Shown one piece after another: positions 37,588-50,727 of a stretch of DNA of 64,000 nucleotides. Position 1 is the stretch's first letter; the number at the start of each line of letters is the position of its first letter. The translations under genes were made by a program, and so were the position numbers. Under the pieces are notes generated by a model, which saw only the letters and a list, made by a program, of their open reading frames with translations, did not search any database and was not told the origin of the DNA. Source of the stretch: Octopus vulgaris (Eukaryota); NCBI GenBank assembly GCA_951406725.2, contig OX597816.1, forward strand, positions 132,122,001 through 132,186,000, written 5' to 3'.

Positions 37588-38249
37588 TTTATACTCATAC
37601 ACATAATTATACAACTGACTTCCATATAGTTCCTATTTACAATTTTTACTTAGAAAGTGTGTCTAAACTTCTCTGTTAATTGACATTTTGCCAGTTGACT
37701 TCATTTTGATTATTAGGGATCATTTTGAAGGCAGCATGTTGTACTCTAATGAAATGTTTCCTTATCCAAGATCCCTTTCTCTCACCGATCATGGAGGGTC
37801 ATAGGCACTATTTCGTCTCTTTAAACTATCAGGTATTAAAAAAGCAAAACAAAGAGAACAAATGAAGTGAAATAATGTAAAATGAGAATTGGAATTATTA
37901 TATATACTTTACTTACAGTGCTTCCCTCGACTTTGTGCTCTATGTTTCACTCCAGTCGTTTTAGTGATAAATTTTACTCAAGGAAGTGTCTTCTACTAGG
38001 GTTCTGTGCTGATCAATGCCTGAATTTGAAAGATGCAAACTGTATAGAAGCCCATAATGTGTGTTTGTGTACACACACACACACAAACACATGCATACAT
38101 ATGTATATATGGGATGGGGTCTTTGTGACTCCCCCCACACACACACACACTGTATGACTACTAGTGTTGCTTTGTTTCCATCCCTGAAACTTTGTAATTT
38201 GGCACTAGGCACCAAGAGAATAAATATGAGACTTAAAATAAATAAATAT

Positions 38250-38630
38250 AGGTGCAGGGGTGGCTGTGTGGTAAGCAACTTGCTTACCTACCACATAGTG
38301 CCAGTTTCAGTCCTACTGTGTGGCACCTTGGGCAAGTATCTTCTACTATAGCCTCAGGCCAACCAAAGCCTTGTGAGTGGATTTGGTAGATGGAAACTGA
38401 AAGAAGCCTGTCATATATGTGTGTCTGTTTGTCCCTCCCCCCCCACCATTGCTTGACAACTGATGCTGGTGTGTTTATGTCTCTGTAACTTAGTAGTTCA
38501 GCAGAAGAGACCAATAGAATGAGTACTAGGCTTACAAAGAACAAGTCCTGGGATCGATTTTTTCGACTAAAGGTGGTGCTCCCGCATGGCCACAGTCAAA
38601 TGATTGAAATAAATAAAAGAGTAAAAGAGC
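38250..38630 (+). mobile_element. SINE family A1, full length, inserted into the tail of an older A1 copy (37980-38249 plus 38631-38720)
   Basis: Complete head to tail; the interrupted tail resumes at 38631 with AAATAAAAGTATTGGAGTCAATTTG...GACTGAAAG. Confidence 0.9.
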
Positions 38631-39349
38631 AAATAAAAGTATTGGAGTCAATTTGTTTTACTTCTAGACAGTGCCCCTGCATATGTGCAGTTCAGTGACT
38701 GAAAGAAGTGAAAGATAAAGGATAGTACTGAAAAAACTTGATGTGCATGAGGAATGGAATGTTGTGATGTTCTTGCTTTTCCAAAACCTATGTGTGGCAT
38801 ACCAGGAGGTGAAACTATATGATTGGCCTCTGTTCTCTGGCATTCACTGAGGTTTCTAATTTTCATGTTTTGAGAACAAATTTTCATATTTTATGAACTG
38901 TAATAACATTATGGATGGTATTATTGGGTGGAGCATTAATAGAGACTTCCTGTATGCAGAAATATAGTTATTGAAAATATTTGTGTATGTGGGGTTGGTA
39001 GGAGGAAGATCATGTAGAACTATGTATGAGGTGTGTGTGTAGTGAAGGGTCAGTGGACACGTGTATATGTTGGATTCTTAGTTGAAAAGTCATAAGTTTT
39101 CATTAATCTCCTTGATATTGTGTGAAACAGGAGAGATGGGGCAGACACGGAGACAGATATACAGAGAAAACAAGTTGTACTAGTTAAAACTATAGTGTTG
39201 AAATTGAATCCTTTCATGTGAGAAAGTGTCTTCATTATTGTCCAGTCTTATGTTTGTATTTCACTACTACTAACTAGTTTTGTGTGAGTATAATTTTTAG
39301 TACATTTTCTTTTCTCTTGCCTCTGTTTTCGAACAACATGCCATTCCAT

Positions 39350-39477
39350 TACTACAATCAGTCAATCAAAAGTCTATATCCCAGGGAGTTTGTAAGAGAT
39401 TGAGAGACCTGACCGACTTTTATCTTACTGCAAACAGTCAGTCAAAACTCTATATCCCAGGGAGTTTGTAAGAGATT
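39350..39477. repeat. Two 52-bp direct repeats with a 76-bp period
   Basis: TACT(A/G)CAA..CAGTCA..TCTATATCCCAGGGAGTTTGTAAGAGATT at 39350-39401 and 39426-39477. Confidence 0.95.
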
Positions 39478-39652
39478 ATCACCCAACTGCATGCTTTTTC
39501 ATTATTTTTTCTGCCTGTTCTTTGATGTAAGTCAGTCACCCTCTCTGTGGTCATTGTACCCTCTTTTTACCAAAGGTTTGTCCATGTATGACCATGGCAT
39601 CAAGATGGGTTATGTTGCATGCATGACCAAATGACTCATTCATTTTCTGCCT

Positions 39653-40041
39653 TTAACCCCTTTGTTACCATATTTGTATCGAAATTTGTAGCCTCTGCTT
39701 CAATTAATTTTGAAAGTAATAAAGAGTTTATTAATTTAACATTGTAATTTTTAGCATTCAGATTATTCTTTCAAATGTAATGCTTCAATTAATCATGCAT
39801 CATCTTGCAGCTTTGAGATTTTCAATGATGTGATTGCTTATTTTTACAAGGACATTGTAGGGGTAGGTATGAGAGGTTACGTCTAGCTGGTTTGAGCCTA
39901 AAACAGGGAGATGATTTAGGCTGGATATGACCAGTTTGAGTATGAAATTTTGTTGGCAGATATTTATTTAGCTCATTTCAAAATGGAGTTTGTATCATTG
40001 AACAAGGAATGGTTTCTGGTGGGCTAGTATCAAAAGGTTAA
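39653..40041 (+). mobile_element. piggyBac-type MITE family F containing a family E body (about 39751-39945)
   Basis: TTAA-CCCCTTTGTTAC ... GTATCAAAAGG-TTAA; the interior matches family E. Confidence 0.8.
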
Positions 40042-40867
40042 ACAGTTCAGAGAAGAGTTTCATGGCTTGTATTCTTCCTAGCAATATTACTACACCTGTT
40101 GATAAATCAATATATCTATATAGCCACTTGTTATCTCTATATTTAAAAACTGAAGATCACATGTTTAAGTTCTGCTCACCTTTCTTCTAATAAGGTTATT
40201 GGTCAAATAACTTGTTTCCACTAATTCTTTGTTGTTGTTGTCCCCCTATAAGAAGAGATTTTACTTTAGTACTTTCTTTCCTCAGACATCTACCTTATAG
40301 AAGTCTCTTTCTTGTCTGCCTGTTAGATATAATCCTTATTCTTTTAAATCTTATGTTGATCTTTTTGTTTTCTACAGTTTTTTTACCCAGATTTTTTTCT
40401 TACTCTCTCTCTTTTTTCTTTTTCTATAAATCAAGTGATTGTTTGAAGCTTATATTATTGCTTGCTGCTCAGTTGAGAGTTGATATCCAATATGAACAAA
40501 AAAAAAAACCTTATCATTGAGCAATGTGTCTTGGTTATAGAAGATGAAGTTTTAATTTTGAAAATGTTTAATAACGCTATTAACATATAAATTATGTTAA
40601 TCCAACAAATATCATCTGCTTGGTTAGAATGGTTGCCTTTGTTTGCATCACTTATATTTACTTAAGTAAGTCACTTAAGTTTAACAGACATCCTTTTCAT
40701 AATAATGTTGCACTGAGAGACTTCCCTGGAATAAATCATGTCTGCTGTATTATGACCAATAAGCCACTTCTGTTTGATTAGCTATCTCTGTACAGTTTTG
40801 CATAGCATATACCATGACAACTACCACCACCACCAACAATATATATATATATCTATCTATCTATCTA

Positions 40868-40914
<47 letters not shown>

Positions 40915-41585
40915 ATATATATGTGTGTGTGTGTGTGTATATGTATTTATGTATGTATGTAAAGAAATTACCAGACTAAACTCCTTCACTGAAAGTTGGA
41001 AACCAATCCCTTTTCCTTACAGATGGAAACATGTCTTATGTCACTTAAGAGATGTTTCCACTACTTACCAAGAGAAAAGAAAGAAGAAAGGATCCAAATA
41101 TGGACTATATCAAATTTAACATTATTTGTATAAGAGGCACATCTAGTATAATAAAATAATAATTATGATTGTTTATATAAATATGGAAACTCATGTTTTT
41201 TAGAGGTGCAGTAATGGAAAATTTTGAAGTTTATGCTTTTGTATTAAAAGTTAGGTTAGAGAGGTCATTCAATAAGTATTGTAAATAACAAAATATTGTT
41301 CTCATTGGTACTGCCCACATCATAAGAAAAACATTGTCAATTTGGAGATACTTGACTCTCATAAAACTCTTTCAATATTGAAATATTATAAATTAAACAG
41401 AACCTTAGTTCACAGAATGTGGTCTCTCTTTTCCCTTAAATATATTAATGCTAATCATAAATAATACTAAAGTAAAACATCTGACTTGCTGTTACTTAAG
41501 ATCTCTGATTGAGACTTGGAGCATAAAACAAAGTAGCAACAATATGATTGCCTCCTTATCGCAGCCAGAATAATGAAGAAAGTAC

Positions 41586-41680
41586 ATGCATACATACTTG
41601 TGTGTGTATGTACGTGCATGCTTGTGTGAGTATGTACGTGCATGCTTGTGTGTGTATGTACATGCATGCTTGTGTGTGTG
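41586..41680. repeat. 24-bp minisatellite, 3-4 units
   Basis: GTATGTACGTGCATGCTTGTGTG(A/T) repeated. Confidence 0.9.
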
Positions 41681-41918
41681 TGTAAATATGTACAAAACTA
41701 TACCGAGTTATGACTATAAAAGGGCTCTTCGGTGTTTGCATCTCAACTACAGATGGGCAGCAATTGGTGATGTTAGTAGAGATTGCCTGCCAACAATCCA
41801 TCTTTGAACTGTATGCTTTCAAATTCCTGTGGATTAAAAAGAAAGTATATTTTGTATATTACAATGTTTACTTATATTTCAAATGTAAATAAAAGAAAAA
41901 AAAAAAAAAAACAACACA

Positions 41919-42300
41919 TTGACCCTTTAGCATTTAAACCAGCCATATCAGGTCCAAATATTCAACCGGTTTTATGTTCAAAACAGCCAGATTCAGCCTC
42001 TCACACCTACCTTACAATGTCATTCTAAAAAATAAACAAATCACATCATTGAAATCTCAAAGCTATGAGATAATGTATGATTAATTAAAAACAAGATGAA
42101 TAAATAAGCATTGCATTTGACAGAATAATCTGCTCCTTTATTCAAACTGGCCAGATCTAGCTCAATTATTCAACCCATTTTATATTCAAACCAGCCAGAG
42201 CCATCCCATCCTCTTAGGCCTACCTTACAACATCATTCTAAAAAAATAAATTATCACAACATTGTGTTTGACAGAGTAATCTGAATGCTAAAGGGTTTAA
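41919..42300 (-). mobile_element. piggyBac-type MITE family E with internal duplication
   Basis: CCCTTTAGCATTT ... AATGCTAAAGGG termini; the CACCTACCTTACAA..CATTCTAAAAA block occurs twice. Confidence 0.85.
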
Positions 42301-42344
42301 GTACTAAATAACTTTCTGAAATTGCTTGTGAAATCATCATGTTT

Positions 42345-42529
42345 AAGAGAACCCATTTCTCATCACCAGTCATTATTGGGTCCAAAACAGGTTCATTCAT
42401 GAGATGTGACAGCAAAGAAGAGCACACATTCACTCTCTGGGAAAGTTTGTGAGGAACCAATTGACCCAATTTGCTGGCCATTTCTAATGGCACACAGGTG
42501 TTGATGAATGGTTGAATGACCGAATCCAA
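42345..42529 (-). mobile_element. Mariner transposase relic
   Basis: ORF 42254-42529 contains KLGQLVPHKLS (WVPHEL motif) and IMTGDEKWVL (first catalytic Asp motif), characteristic of mariner. Confidence 0.9.
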
Positions 42530-42789
42530 GCTTCTCTGCTAGCACAAATGAGCTGAGAGAGAGAAAAAATGGGTATAAGAGGAATCAGCTGTAGTTTATG
42601 GGAGAGAAAGCTGCAGTGGTAAAGATATGTATATGAAAGATGGTAGTTGGGTAAAGAAGTTTCAAGCAATCTAAATGAAAGGAGCCTATGAGAGAAAAAA
42701 ACATTATTAATCCTTATTTTATACCCTTTCCTTAGAAAATGGACTGTACCTAGTCAAAAAACATTTTTCTCAAATATATTGGTTTTCAT

Positions 42790-42975
42790 ATTTTGGTAGA
42801 AGGCCAGCAATATTTCAGAGGAGGTGGTAAGCTGATTACATTGACCTCAGTGATCAATTGGTACTTAGTTTTTTGACCCAGTAAGGATGAAAGGTGAAGT
42901 CAACCTTGGTGGAATTTGAATTTGGAACATAAAGACGGATGAAACACTACTAGCGATTCTGTCAGCTTCCCACTT
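42790..42975 (-). mobile_element. SINE family C
   Basis: GGTACTTAG...GGATGAAAGGTGAAGTCAACCTTGGTGGAATTTGAA. Confidence 0.8.
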
Positions 42976-43000
42976 TTTTCCTCTTGAATATATTAATTGG

Positions 43001-43400
43001 TGTAGGTGTAGCTATGTGATAAGAAGTTTACTTCCTATTCACATGGTTTTAAGTTCAGTCCCACTGCATGACACCTTGAGCAAGTGTTTTCTACAATTAC
43101 TTCAGGCTGAGCAAAACTCTGTGACGAGTTTGATGGAAATTATAAAAAGGATATCGTACACATGTGTGTTACTGTCTCATTGTCTTTACTCTACATAGTA
43201 GTTGTAAACAAGTCGCACCTATCATGCAAGCAGTGTCCTTCACTTCCAGTCTCCCAGGAAAACATGTCTGGTCATAGGGAAATATTACCTTACTTGGGAA
43301 GGGGTGAGGGTTGATAACGGGAAGGTATCTGGCTGTAGTAAAATCCATCTCAACAAATTCTGTTTGACCCATGTGAGCATGAAAAGTGTACATGAAAATA
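43001..43400 (+). mobile_element. SINE family A2 (A head plus B-type 3' end)
   Basis: A head GTTCAGTCCCACTGCATGACACCTTGAGCAAG; tail GGGTGAGGGTTGATAACGGGAAGG...GACCCATGTGAGCATGAAAAGTG. Confidence 0.85.
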
Positions 43401-44614
43401 GTGAAATATTAAATTTTTGTTGTTGTTGTTGGAATTAACAAATGTCTAATGACTAAGAGATAGGAAAGAAATCAAAATATTTTCTTGTGTATGATGTAGA
43501 GTAGGCATAAGCAACCCTTTATGTGAAGCAGGTTGCATGACACTTGGTTTGTCATCAGCCGCGCTGCACTACTAAAAGAATTTAAGGTAAATTTCTTGTT
43601 GGTGTGCCATTCAATAAGTCCTGTGTATGACAGTTTTCTCTTGAGTGAAACAGAATCAAAAGTGGTGAGATACTGTATTGCTGAAGACCTGTCCAACCCA
43701 TATAAAAGACAACCAGCTCAAACCATGGAAACAATAAAATATAACTAAAAAGAGACATAATGTATTACTGATGTCACGGTCACCAAATGAAAATATTTTC
43801 ATTATCATCATAATCCAAGGTGATATCCAGTCTATCGAGTGGTTGATTGGTTTCCAGTACTATATCTTTCCATATGTCTTGTCTCTGTTTGAGAAATTGG
43901 ATTTTCAAGTGCATGACCCAACCTTTCTAAGGTGTACTTTTAACAAACTACATCTCAATTCAATGACCTCCCACCAACTCATATACTCTTAATGGAAAGA
44001 ATGTTAAAATACTTGAGAAATTATCTGACCTTTTTGTTTTTTTCATTGCCAATCATCCCTCACTTTTCAGTACCACCCTCTAAGCTTCTCTGACATTTGT
44101 CTTCCCCAGCATGTTGTCAGAGAATGAGATTCTTTTCTTTGTAGTTTTCAATTTTTATTAAATCTGTGTTTGTTTTTAGGACAATTTGCAGTTGAACCTT
44201 ACAATATTATTGTTGAACATAACAAGTACAGTAGCTGTAAAGTGTAGGTGTTACGACTTCAAACATTTCTAGGGATTATTGTCTAGTTCAACTGGGCAAG
44301 CAATGTAACTCTTCTTACCTCAACATAATTGGCATTCGATACTATTTTAACAGTTGAGTGGTTAGCAATAGGAAGGGGCATTCAGCTGTAAAAATAATTG
44401 TTCTAGCAAAAGTCCTGTCACTCTTACAATGATTTGAAAGTTAGTACATGAAAGTATCTTATTGCAAGGAACATTGGCCAAGTGAACCTAAACAGACAGC
44501 TTTCAGCATGTGATGATGATGATGATGGTGGTGGTGTTGGTGGTGGTGGCTGTAATGTCTAACAGACAAAAGGTCTGAAATTTAAAGAAAGAGATGGTTA
44601 CTATTTTAGAGTTT

Positions 44615-44885
44615 ACTTAATTACTTATGCCCTTCATTCCCCATGAAGTATAGGTCATCAATGACTTTTCTCCGCTGTCCTCGATTCTAGGCAGGGCCAC
44701 TCCCTCAGTATGTGAGATGGTGGTGGTGGTGGTGGTGGTGGGGGGGGGGGGGCATCTGCATGTTTCTCTGAGAAAAGTCCCATCCTTTCTTAAGTCTTAT
44801 TGTTTTTAAATTGTCATACTTCTGTAAATTTGTTTGTTTTGAGTAGGGGTGTTGGCCCTAAGAAAACCCATTTTTACTCTAACAA
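44615..44885 (-). mobile_element. Short bipartite RTE-derived retroposon, second copy
   Basis: TTACTTATGCCCTTCATTCCCCATGAAGTATAGG ... CTTCTGTAA...GGGGTGTTGGCCC; homologous to 16570-16790. Confidence 0.6.
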
Positions 44886-46219
44886 TTTGGGGTGAAAGAC
44901 AATTATATTGATTAATTAGTTGACTGATTCTTTATTTTATCAACCACCGAAGAATGAAAGGCATAGTGGATCCCAACAAGAGTTGAACACAGTGCATAAA
45001 AGACTGTCACTAATTACTGCGAGGTATTCTGTCTGACACTCTAATGAGTTTGCTATAATGATAATTCTAATTAATTATTAAATAGCAGATCATAATGAGT
45101 TGTCACTTGAATTATATGTAGAAAGAATTTGAAGTGTAATATTGCTGTATCTCAAGCTATATTGTGTTATATGTAGAGGGAGGTGTTTATTAATCAGTGA
45201 CAAATGTATATTTATATAGTTGTCTTTACAAATAAATGTTAGGTGAGAGCTACAAAAATAGTGGAATACATGGTCCAAATAAGATAAGCTTTTAATCTGT
45301 ATTCAAATATTATCTTTACTTGATAAAATACTGCAGGTCACAAAAGGGTCAGATAAAGGAGTTAGAGAGAAATAAAGGGAGGTACGCACATGAGTGTACA
45401 CACACACACACACACACGTGCGTGCACACACACACACACATGTGCGTGCACACACACACACACACATGTGCATGCACGCACACACATATGTACATACACA
45501 CACACACACATATAGGTGAAGTTTTTCAGAGACATGTTATATAGTTATACGTGCAAAATAAAACAAAAAAGGCAAATGAATATCTTTATAATCCTGTTGG
45601 TAGTTGGATGTTTTATTTTAAATTAAAATATATACCTTGCACATTTATCTTAAATAAAGATAACAGTATTGTAATTTCTACATACTCTTAAAAATGAGGG
45701 CATGGTCATAGCTGGAATGCTTTTCATCATAGCTCTGCTGGGTCAAGGCTGACCAGAAGAAACTTCTTCTAGGTATCACACAGTGAAACTGAACATATAG
45801 CCATGCCTGTGCATGTAGCACATTTTGTATTTTTATTTTCAACACTTTCTCTTCAATTGGGGGCTTAAATAAGGATCTGATAGCCATGGTTAGAAAGAAC
45901 ACTCATCATAAATCTACTTATTCAGAGCCACAATACCTTTAGCCAAAGTGGGAGGCTCTGTGCTGTCACCCAATCTGCTAGAATTAGCCAGTAGATCTGC
46001 TTTGAATTATTCCCTACCATCTCACAAAGAAGTACCACCAGCTACCGTCACCAGCTTGAAATTTTAAGAACTTTGTAATAGTAAACAAAGAAAGAAAAAA
46101 AACAAAAAAAAAATTGTGTATTCTATGCAATTATTTCTTTGTAATTCCTTAATTCTAATTTTAAATTTCTAGTTAATTAGTTTGGCTGTCCTCTCAGACA
46201 GTTCAGTGATTTTATGCAA

Positions 46220-46490
46220 ACACATCATCCATCACGGTCCCCCCTGCATGTTCTTAATTTATCAGTATTTGCCATTCCACTGTCCTGAAGCAAGTTGTTC
46301 GCATAGATTAGACATTTTCTTCCCCATTGATTCTTCCTTCAACGCACTGACATAAGATCAGTTGACACAGGTTTTTCTGGGCACCTGGTGCCAGCAATTC
46401 TCATTTTTCTCAACTGAATCTTCTCAGTCACTTTGGGTAGATCTTAATAAAGATGCTCATTGGTTAAATGAGCTCTGCATGTAACATGCA
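46220..46490 (-). mobile_element. RTE-clade LINE 3' relic
   Basis: Minus-strand translation HLTNEHLY*DLPKVTEKIQLRKMRIAG...GRKCLIYANNLLQDSGMANTDKLRTCRGDRDG matches the RTE C-terminal pattern TNxxLY..LP....RR.R.AGH...RGR...DRxxW. Confidence 0.8.
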
Positions 46491-47505
46491 GAACCATTCT
46501 TAACACTTCAAATTTCTAATCCTGCTAAATTTTATGAAGAAATTATTATTTCCTTTTTAATGATTTAAACCTCCAAGGAAAAGACAAGTGTTTCAATTTT
46601 AAAATCTTTAAAAATGAATTTTTAATAATGATGCTGATTTTTAATTATTTTAATTAATGTAGTAATGATCTAATCTTTACTTCATTATAAGCTTCTAGAC
46701 TTAGCAATAGACTGGAGCTCTCACTATTTATTTATTGATAGTAAGTTATAGACTAGTACTGGGTTGGCAACTGTGGCAACAACAACAACAAACTTTCTTG
46801 GCTTCAGTTAGAAAACAAAGTTTTAAATAGCTTTTGTAGTTAGTTTTTATTTACCATAGAAAGTTGAAATATCAGAAATAATAAAAATCAGTTGTGATTT
46901 CTGGCAAGTGCAGCTACTAATTTAAAGACTCCCCCAGTCAACTGCTAGTAATCTTTATAGAGAGATAATCTTTATCTAATTGACCTTCTCTTTGCTAATG
47001 AGATACATAATAGACATTTAGCATAGCAGTTTTGTTTAACACTATCGGTAGCTGACAGAGAAAGAATATAAAAAAGGATGGCCAGAGAAATTCTAGTTTT
47101 TCTTCAACAGTAATATGTTGTTCTTAATGTGGTTGTCATTGGATAGCTCTGATAAACGTTTGTTGACTCAACACATGATTTCGATGAAATGTGGTTTATT
47201 ATTTTTTTGTTGACTTTTTTTTTTATTTCTTAATTTTTGTTAGTTAAGAAGTTCATATCACAGTCATGTGATTGTGGATTCAATCCTACTGTGGGATTCA
47301 ACCAAGATTTCTTATAGGGCCAGCTTACTTATAATTCATTTGGTAGATGTTTGAGATGTTTGCCATAAAGATAGATTTTATCTTGAGTTTTATATAGGTG
47401 GCTTCAAACCCACTGCATAACACTTTGATGAGGTCCTTCCACTATAGACACATGTCAATCCAGCCTTGTAAATGGATTTCTTAGATGTAAACTGAAAGCA
47501 GCCTA

Positions 47506-47549
<44 letters not shown>

Positions 47550-47620
47550 ACATAGATAAATAGATAGATAAATCCACATGTGTATGTATGTATAAAAATA
47601 TGTGTGTGTGTGTGTGTGTA

Positions 47621-48032
47621 TAGGCGCAGACATGCCTGTGTGGTAGGAAGCTTGCTTCCCAACCACATGGTTCCTGGGTTAGTCCCACTGCATGGCACCT
47701 TGGGCAAATGTCTTGTATGTAGCCACAGGTTGACCAAAGCCTTGTGAGCGGATTTGATAGACAGAAACTGAAAGAAGCCTGTCATATATATGTATATGTA
47801 TATATTTATGTATTTTTGTGTCTATCCCCGTCCCCATCACCGCTTGACAACTGGTGTTGGTGTGTTTATGTCCTTGTTACTTAGCAGTTCAGCAAAAGAG
47901 ACCAATAGAATAAGTACTAGGCCTTAAAAACAATGCATCCAGGCGTCAATTTGTTTGCTAAACCCCTTCAAAGCTAAAATCCTTCAGCATGGCAGCAGTC
48001 AAATGATTGAAACAAGTAAAAGAATAAAAGAA
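47621..48032 (+). mobile_element. SINE family A1, full length (inverted A head at 47400-47505 just upstream)
   Basis: GTGTGGTAGGAAGCTTGCTTCCCAACCACATGG ... GAAACAAGTAAAAGAATAAAAG. Confidence 0.9.
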
Positions 48033-48279
48033 TATATATATATATATGTTTGTGTGTGTCACCACCACTTCACCACTGGTGTTGGTTTGTTTGTGTCCCA
48101 GTAAATTAGTGATTCAGCAGAAGTGACCAACAGGATAAGTACCAAATTTAAGAAAAAATAACTCTTCACAATAGTGCCCCAGCGTGGCTGCAGCCCAATG
48201 ACTAACAAGCAAACGATAATTCATAATTTCAGTTTGAACTCTGTTGATCACTTTGAGTGCCACTACAAAATAGAAAATT

Positions 48280-48470
48280 ATGGCACAAGGCCACACATTT
48301 GGGGAAGAGAACAGTTGCTTAAACTGACCCTAGTATTTGACCTCTGGAGGAATGAAAGGCATAGACGTCCTCAGTGGGATTTGAACTCAAAGTGTAAAAT
48401 GAGGCAGCTAAATATTTAACTACAAGAACATTTTGATTGCTCTTCTATTGATTTTGCCAACCTACCAGTC
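48280..48470 (-). mobile_element. SINE family C, diverged
   Basis: GGCACAAGGCC...GAATGAAAGGC...GGATTTGAACTC. Confidence 0.7.
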
Positions 48471-48584
48471 TAGATTATAAAATATTGAAAAGTCATCAGG
48501 AGACTAGAAGATGCTTCAGATAAAAGCTTGACTTCATAAAAAGGCAGACAAATGAGAAGAAAAGAATAAATAATTCAGAAGGAA

Positions 48585-48637
48585 AACTACTGCCGCCGCT
48601 GCTGCTGCTGCTACTGCTGCTGCTGCTGCTGCTGCTG

Positions 48638-48697
<60 letters not shown>

Positions 48698-48698
48698 A
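48585..48698. repeat. (GCT)n(ACT)n trinucleotide microsatellite
   Basis: Seen directly; explains the poly-V/poly-A ORF. Confidence 0.97.
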
Positions 48699-49155
48699 TT
48701 TCAAATCTAATCTAATAATGTGGTGATCAAATGATATGCTCATTCATTAAGGACTTCATTGTTTGTTAATTCAAGTAGCTTTTGCACTGTTAAGTCTCTT
48801 TGTACCAACTGGGATGGTTCAGAAATGCTCTGTTATCTTGTCACTTGTGGAGTTACTTATTGCTACTATTTAGAAAAAAGAAAATAATAATAATAATAAT
48901 AATAAACAGCAGTAATTGAATAATACATCAGACTGAAAAACACAACTATTGTCACTTCCTAACAACTATAACTACTGTAAAAAGCATGTAACAACAACAA
49001 TAATCAAAGTTTTGGGAAAGGAAAAAGAAAAAAAAGATTTAGGATACCAGATATGAAAAGTAAGCCAAAATCTTTTAATAAGTTATTGCAGACAAGCTTT
49101 TGATATTGATAACACTTGTTTTACTGATGTTATCAACCACAACAATTATGCCCCC

Positions 49156-49193
<38 letters not shown>

Positions 49194-49349
49194 CATATCC
49201 TCTATCAGCATGTATTTATTTGTGAATATTGTACAGTATGCTTATTTTTGTTTTAAACTATAAATATATTGGAGCTGTCTTTTCACATTCTTCAAAAGAA
49301 AAAGAAAAAAAGGAAAAAAAGCAAGCTGTTTTTATATTAGTGTATGTTT

Positions 49350-49535
49350 TCAGGGAAGCGGGATAGTCAATTACATCAACCCCAGTGCTCAACTGGTATT
49401 TGTTTTGTTGACTCTGAAAGGATGAAAGGCAAAGTTGACCTCGGTGGAATCTGAAATCAGAATGTAAAGATGAATGCAAACACTGGTCAGCATTTTAGCC
49501 GGTATGTTACCAATTCTGCCAGATTACCACCTTAG
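49350..49535 (-). mobile_element. SINE family C
   Basis: CCCCAGTGCTCAACTGGTA...GAAAGGATGAAAGGCAAAGTTGACCTCGGTGGAAT...CACCTT. Confidence 0.85.
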
Positions 49536-50375
49536 TCTATGTTTTGATGCTATTATTCACAAATGTAACAGGTGTAGGTGAACTGACAAGGGAGGAAACC
49601 TCTTTGTGATATCCAGTATGTTCATTCTGTGAGAAATAGCAGCTAAATCACATCCTACACTCTTGAAAAGGGAAGGACATTTTCATTAGACAATATATTG
49701 CCATATATATATATATATATATATACAGCATGTAAATAGCTGGAACATCTTTGATATATCTGTTTTATTGTGGTTGATGTGTGATGAAACAACAGGTGTG
49801 ATCTATGATTTCCTGTCGTAGACAAGTATACATCGTTGCTATTATGTTAAACTGCCGTATGTCCAAACTTGGACACCAGGTTCCAGTCTGGATGCCCTCC
49901 CTAGTGCCAGCCACGCCACTTTACAGTGTGTGCTGAGTGCTTTCAATGGCATGATTACTTTTACATGGTGCCTGCATGAGTGTTTTTCATGTGGCACTGG
50001 CACAGGACTCTTCACTTGGGACACAGACTTAACACTTATGTTGTAGAAGATGGGTCTTCTTGAGTGCTGTGTGTCTCTTTGTATTTGTATATGTCTCTCC
50101 ACCAATTGACAACTAGTGTTGGTTTGTTTACATCCCCATAAGTTAGTGGTTTTAGTAGAAGAAACTGATAGAAGAATTAGGTTTAAGAAAACACATACTG
50201 GGGTTGAATTGTTTGACTAAACCCTTCAAGGTGGTGCCCCAGCATGGCCTCAGTCCTATGAATGAAACAAGCAAATGATAAAAGAAAATATATGAAGTGC
50301 CTTATATGAAATACAATTCTTTATTTTCTCAACATGCATCTCTTTAGTTTATTATTTTCCATGTGCATTATGTTG

Positions 50376-50727
50376 GTGAAGGCACCTGGCTCAGTGGTTA
50401 AAGTGTTAGGCTCTCAATCACAAGGCAGTAGGTTCGATTCCCGGACTGGACTGTGTGTTGTGTTCTTGAACAAGACACTTTATTTCATGTTGCTCCAGTT
50501 CACTCAGCTGTAGAAATGAGTTGTGATGTCACTGGTGCCAAGCTGTATCAGCCTTTGCCTTTCCCTTGGATAACACCAGTGGCATGGAGAGGGGGGCTGG
50601 TATGCATGAGTGACTGCTATTCTTCCATAAACAAACTTGCCCAGACTTGTGCCTTAGAAGGGAACTTTCTAGGTACAATTCCATGGTCTTTCATGACAGA
50701 AAGGCGTCTTTGTCTTTTACCCTTTTA
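50376..50727 (+). mobile_element. tRNA-derived CORE-like SINE family D, tail type 1, full length
   Basis: TGGCTCAGTGG A box, GGTTCGATTCCC B box, CORE-like TTCTTGAACAAGACACTT...CACTCAGCTGTAGAAATG; 10-bp TSD CATTATGTTG at 50366-50375 and 50728-50737. Confidence 0.93.

Noticed and set aside
43472-43748. Opposing ORFs of about 70 aa in unique sequence
   Set aside because: No motif or convincing splice pair; possibly an old transposon fragment.
44180-44250. Possible exon after a TTTTTAG acceptor
   Set aside because: Frames close quickly, there is no good donor, and it runs into a decayed SINE-like sequence.
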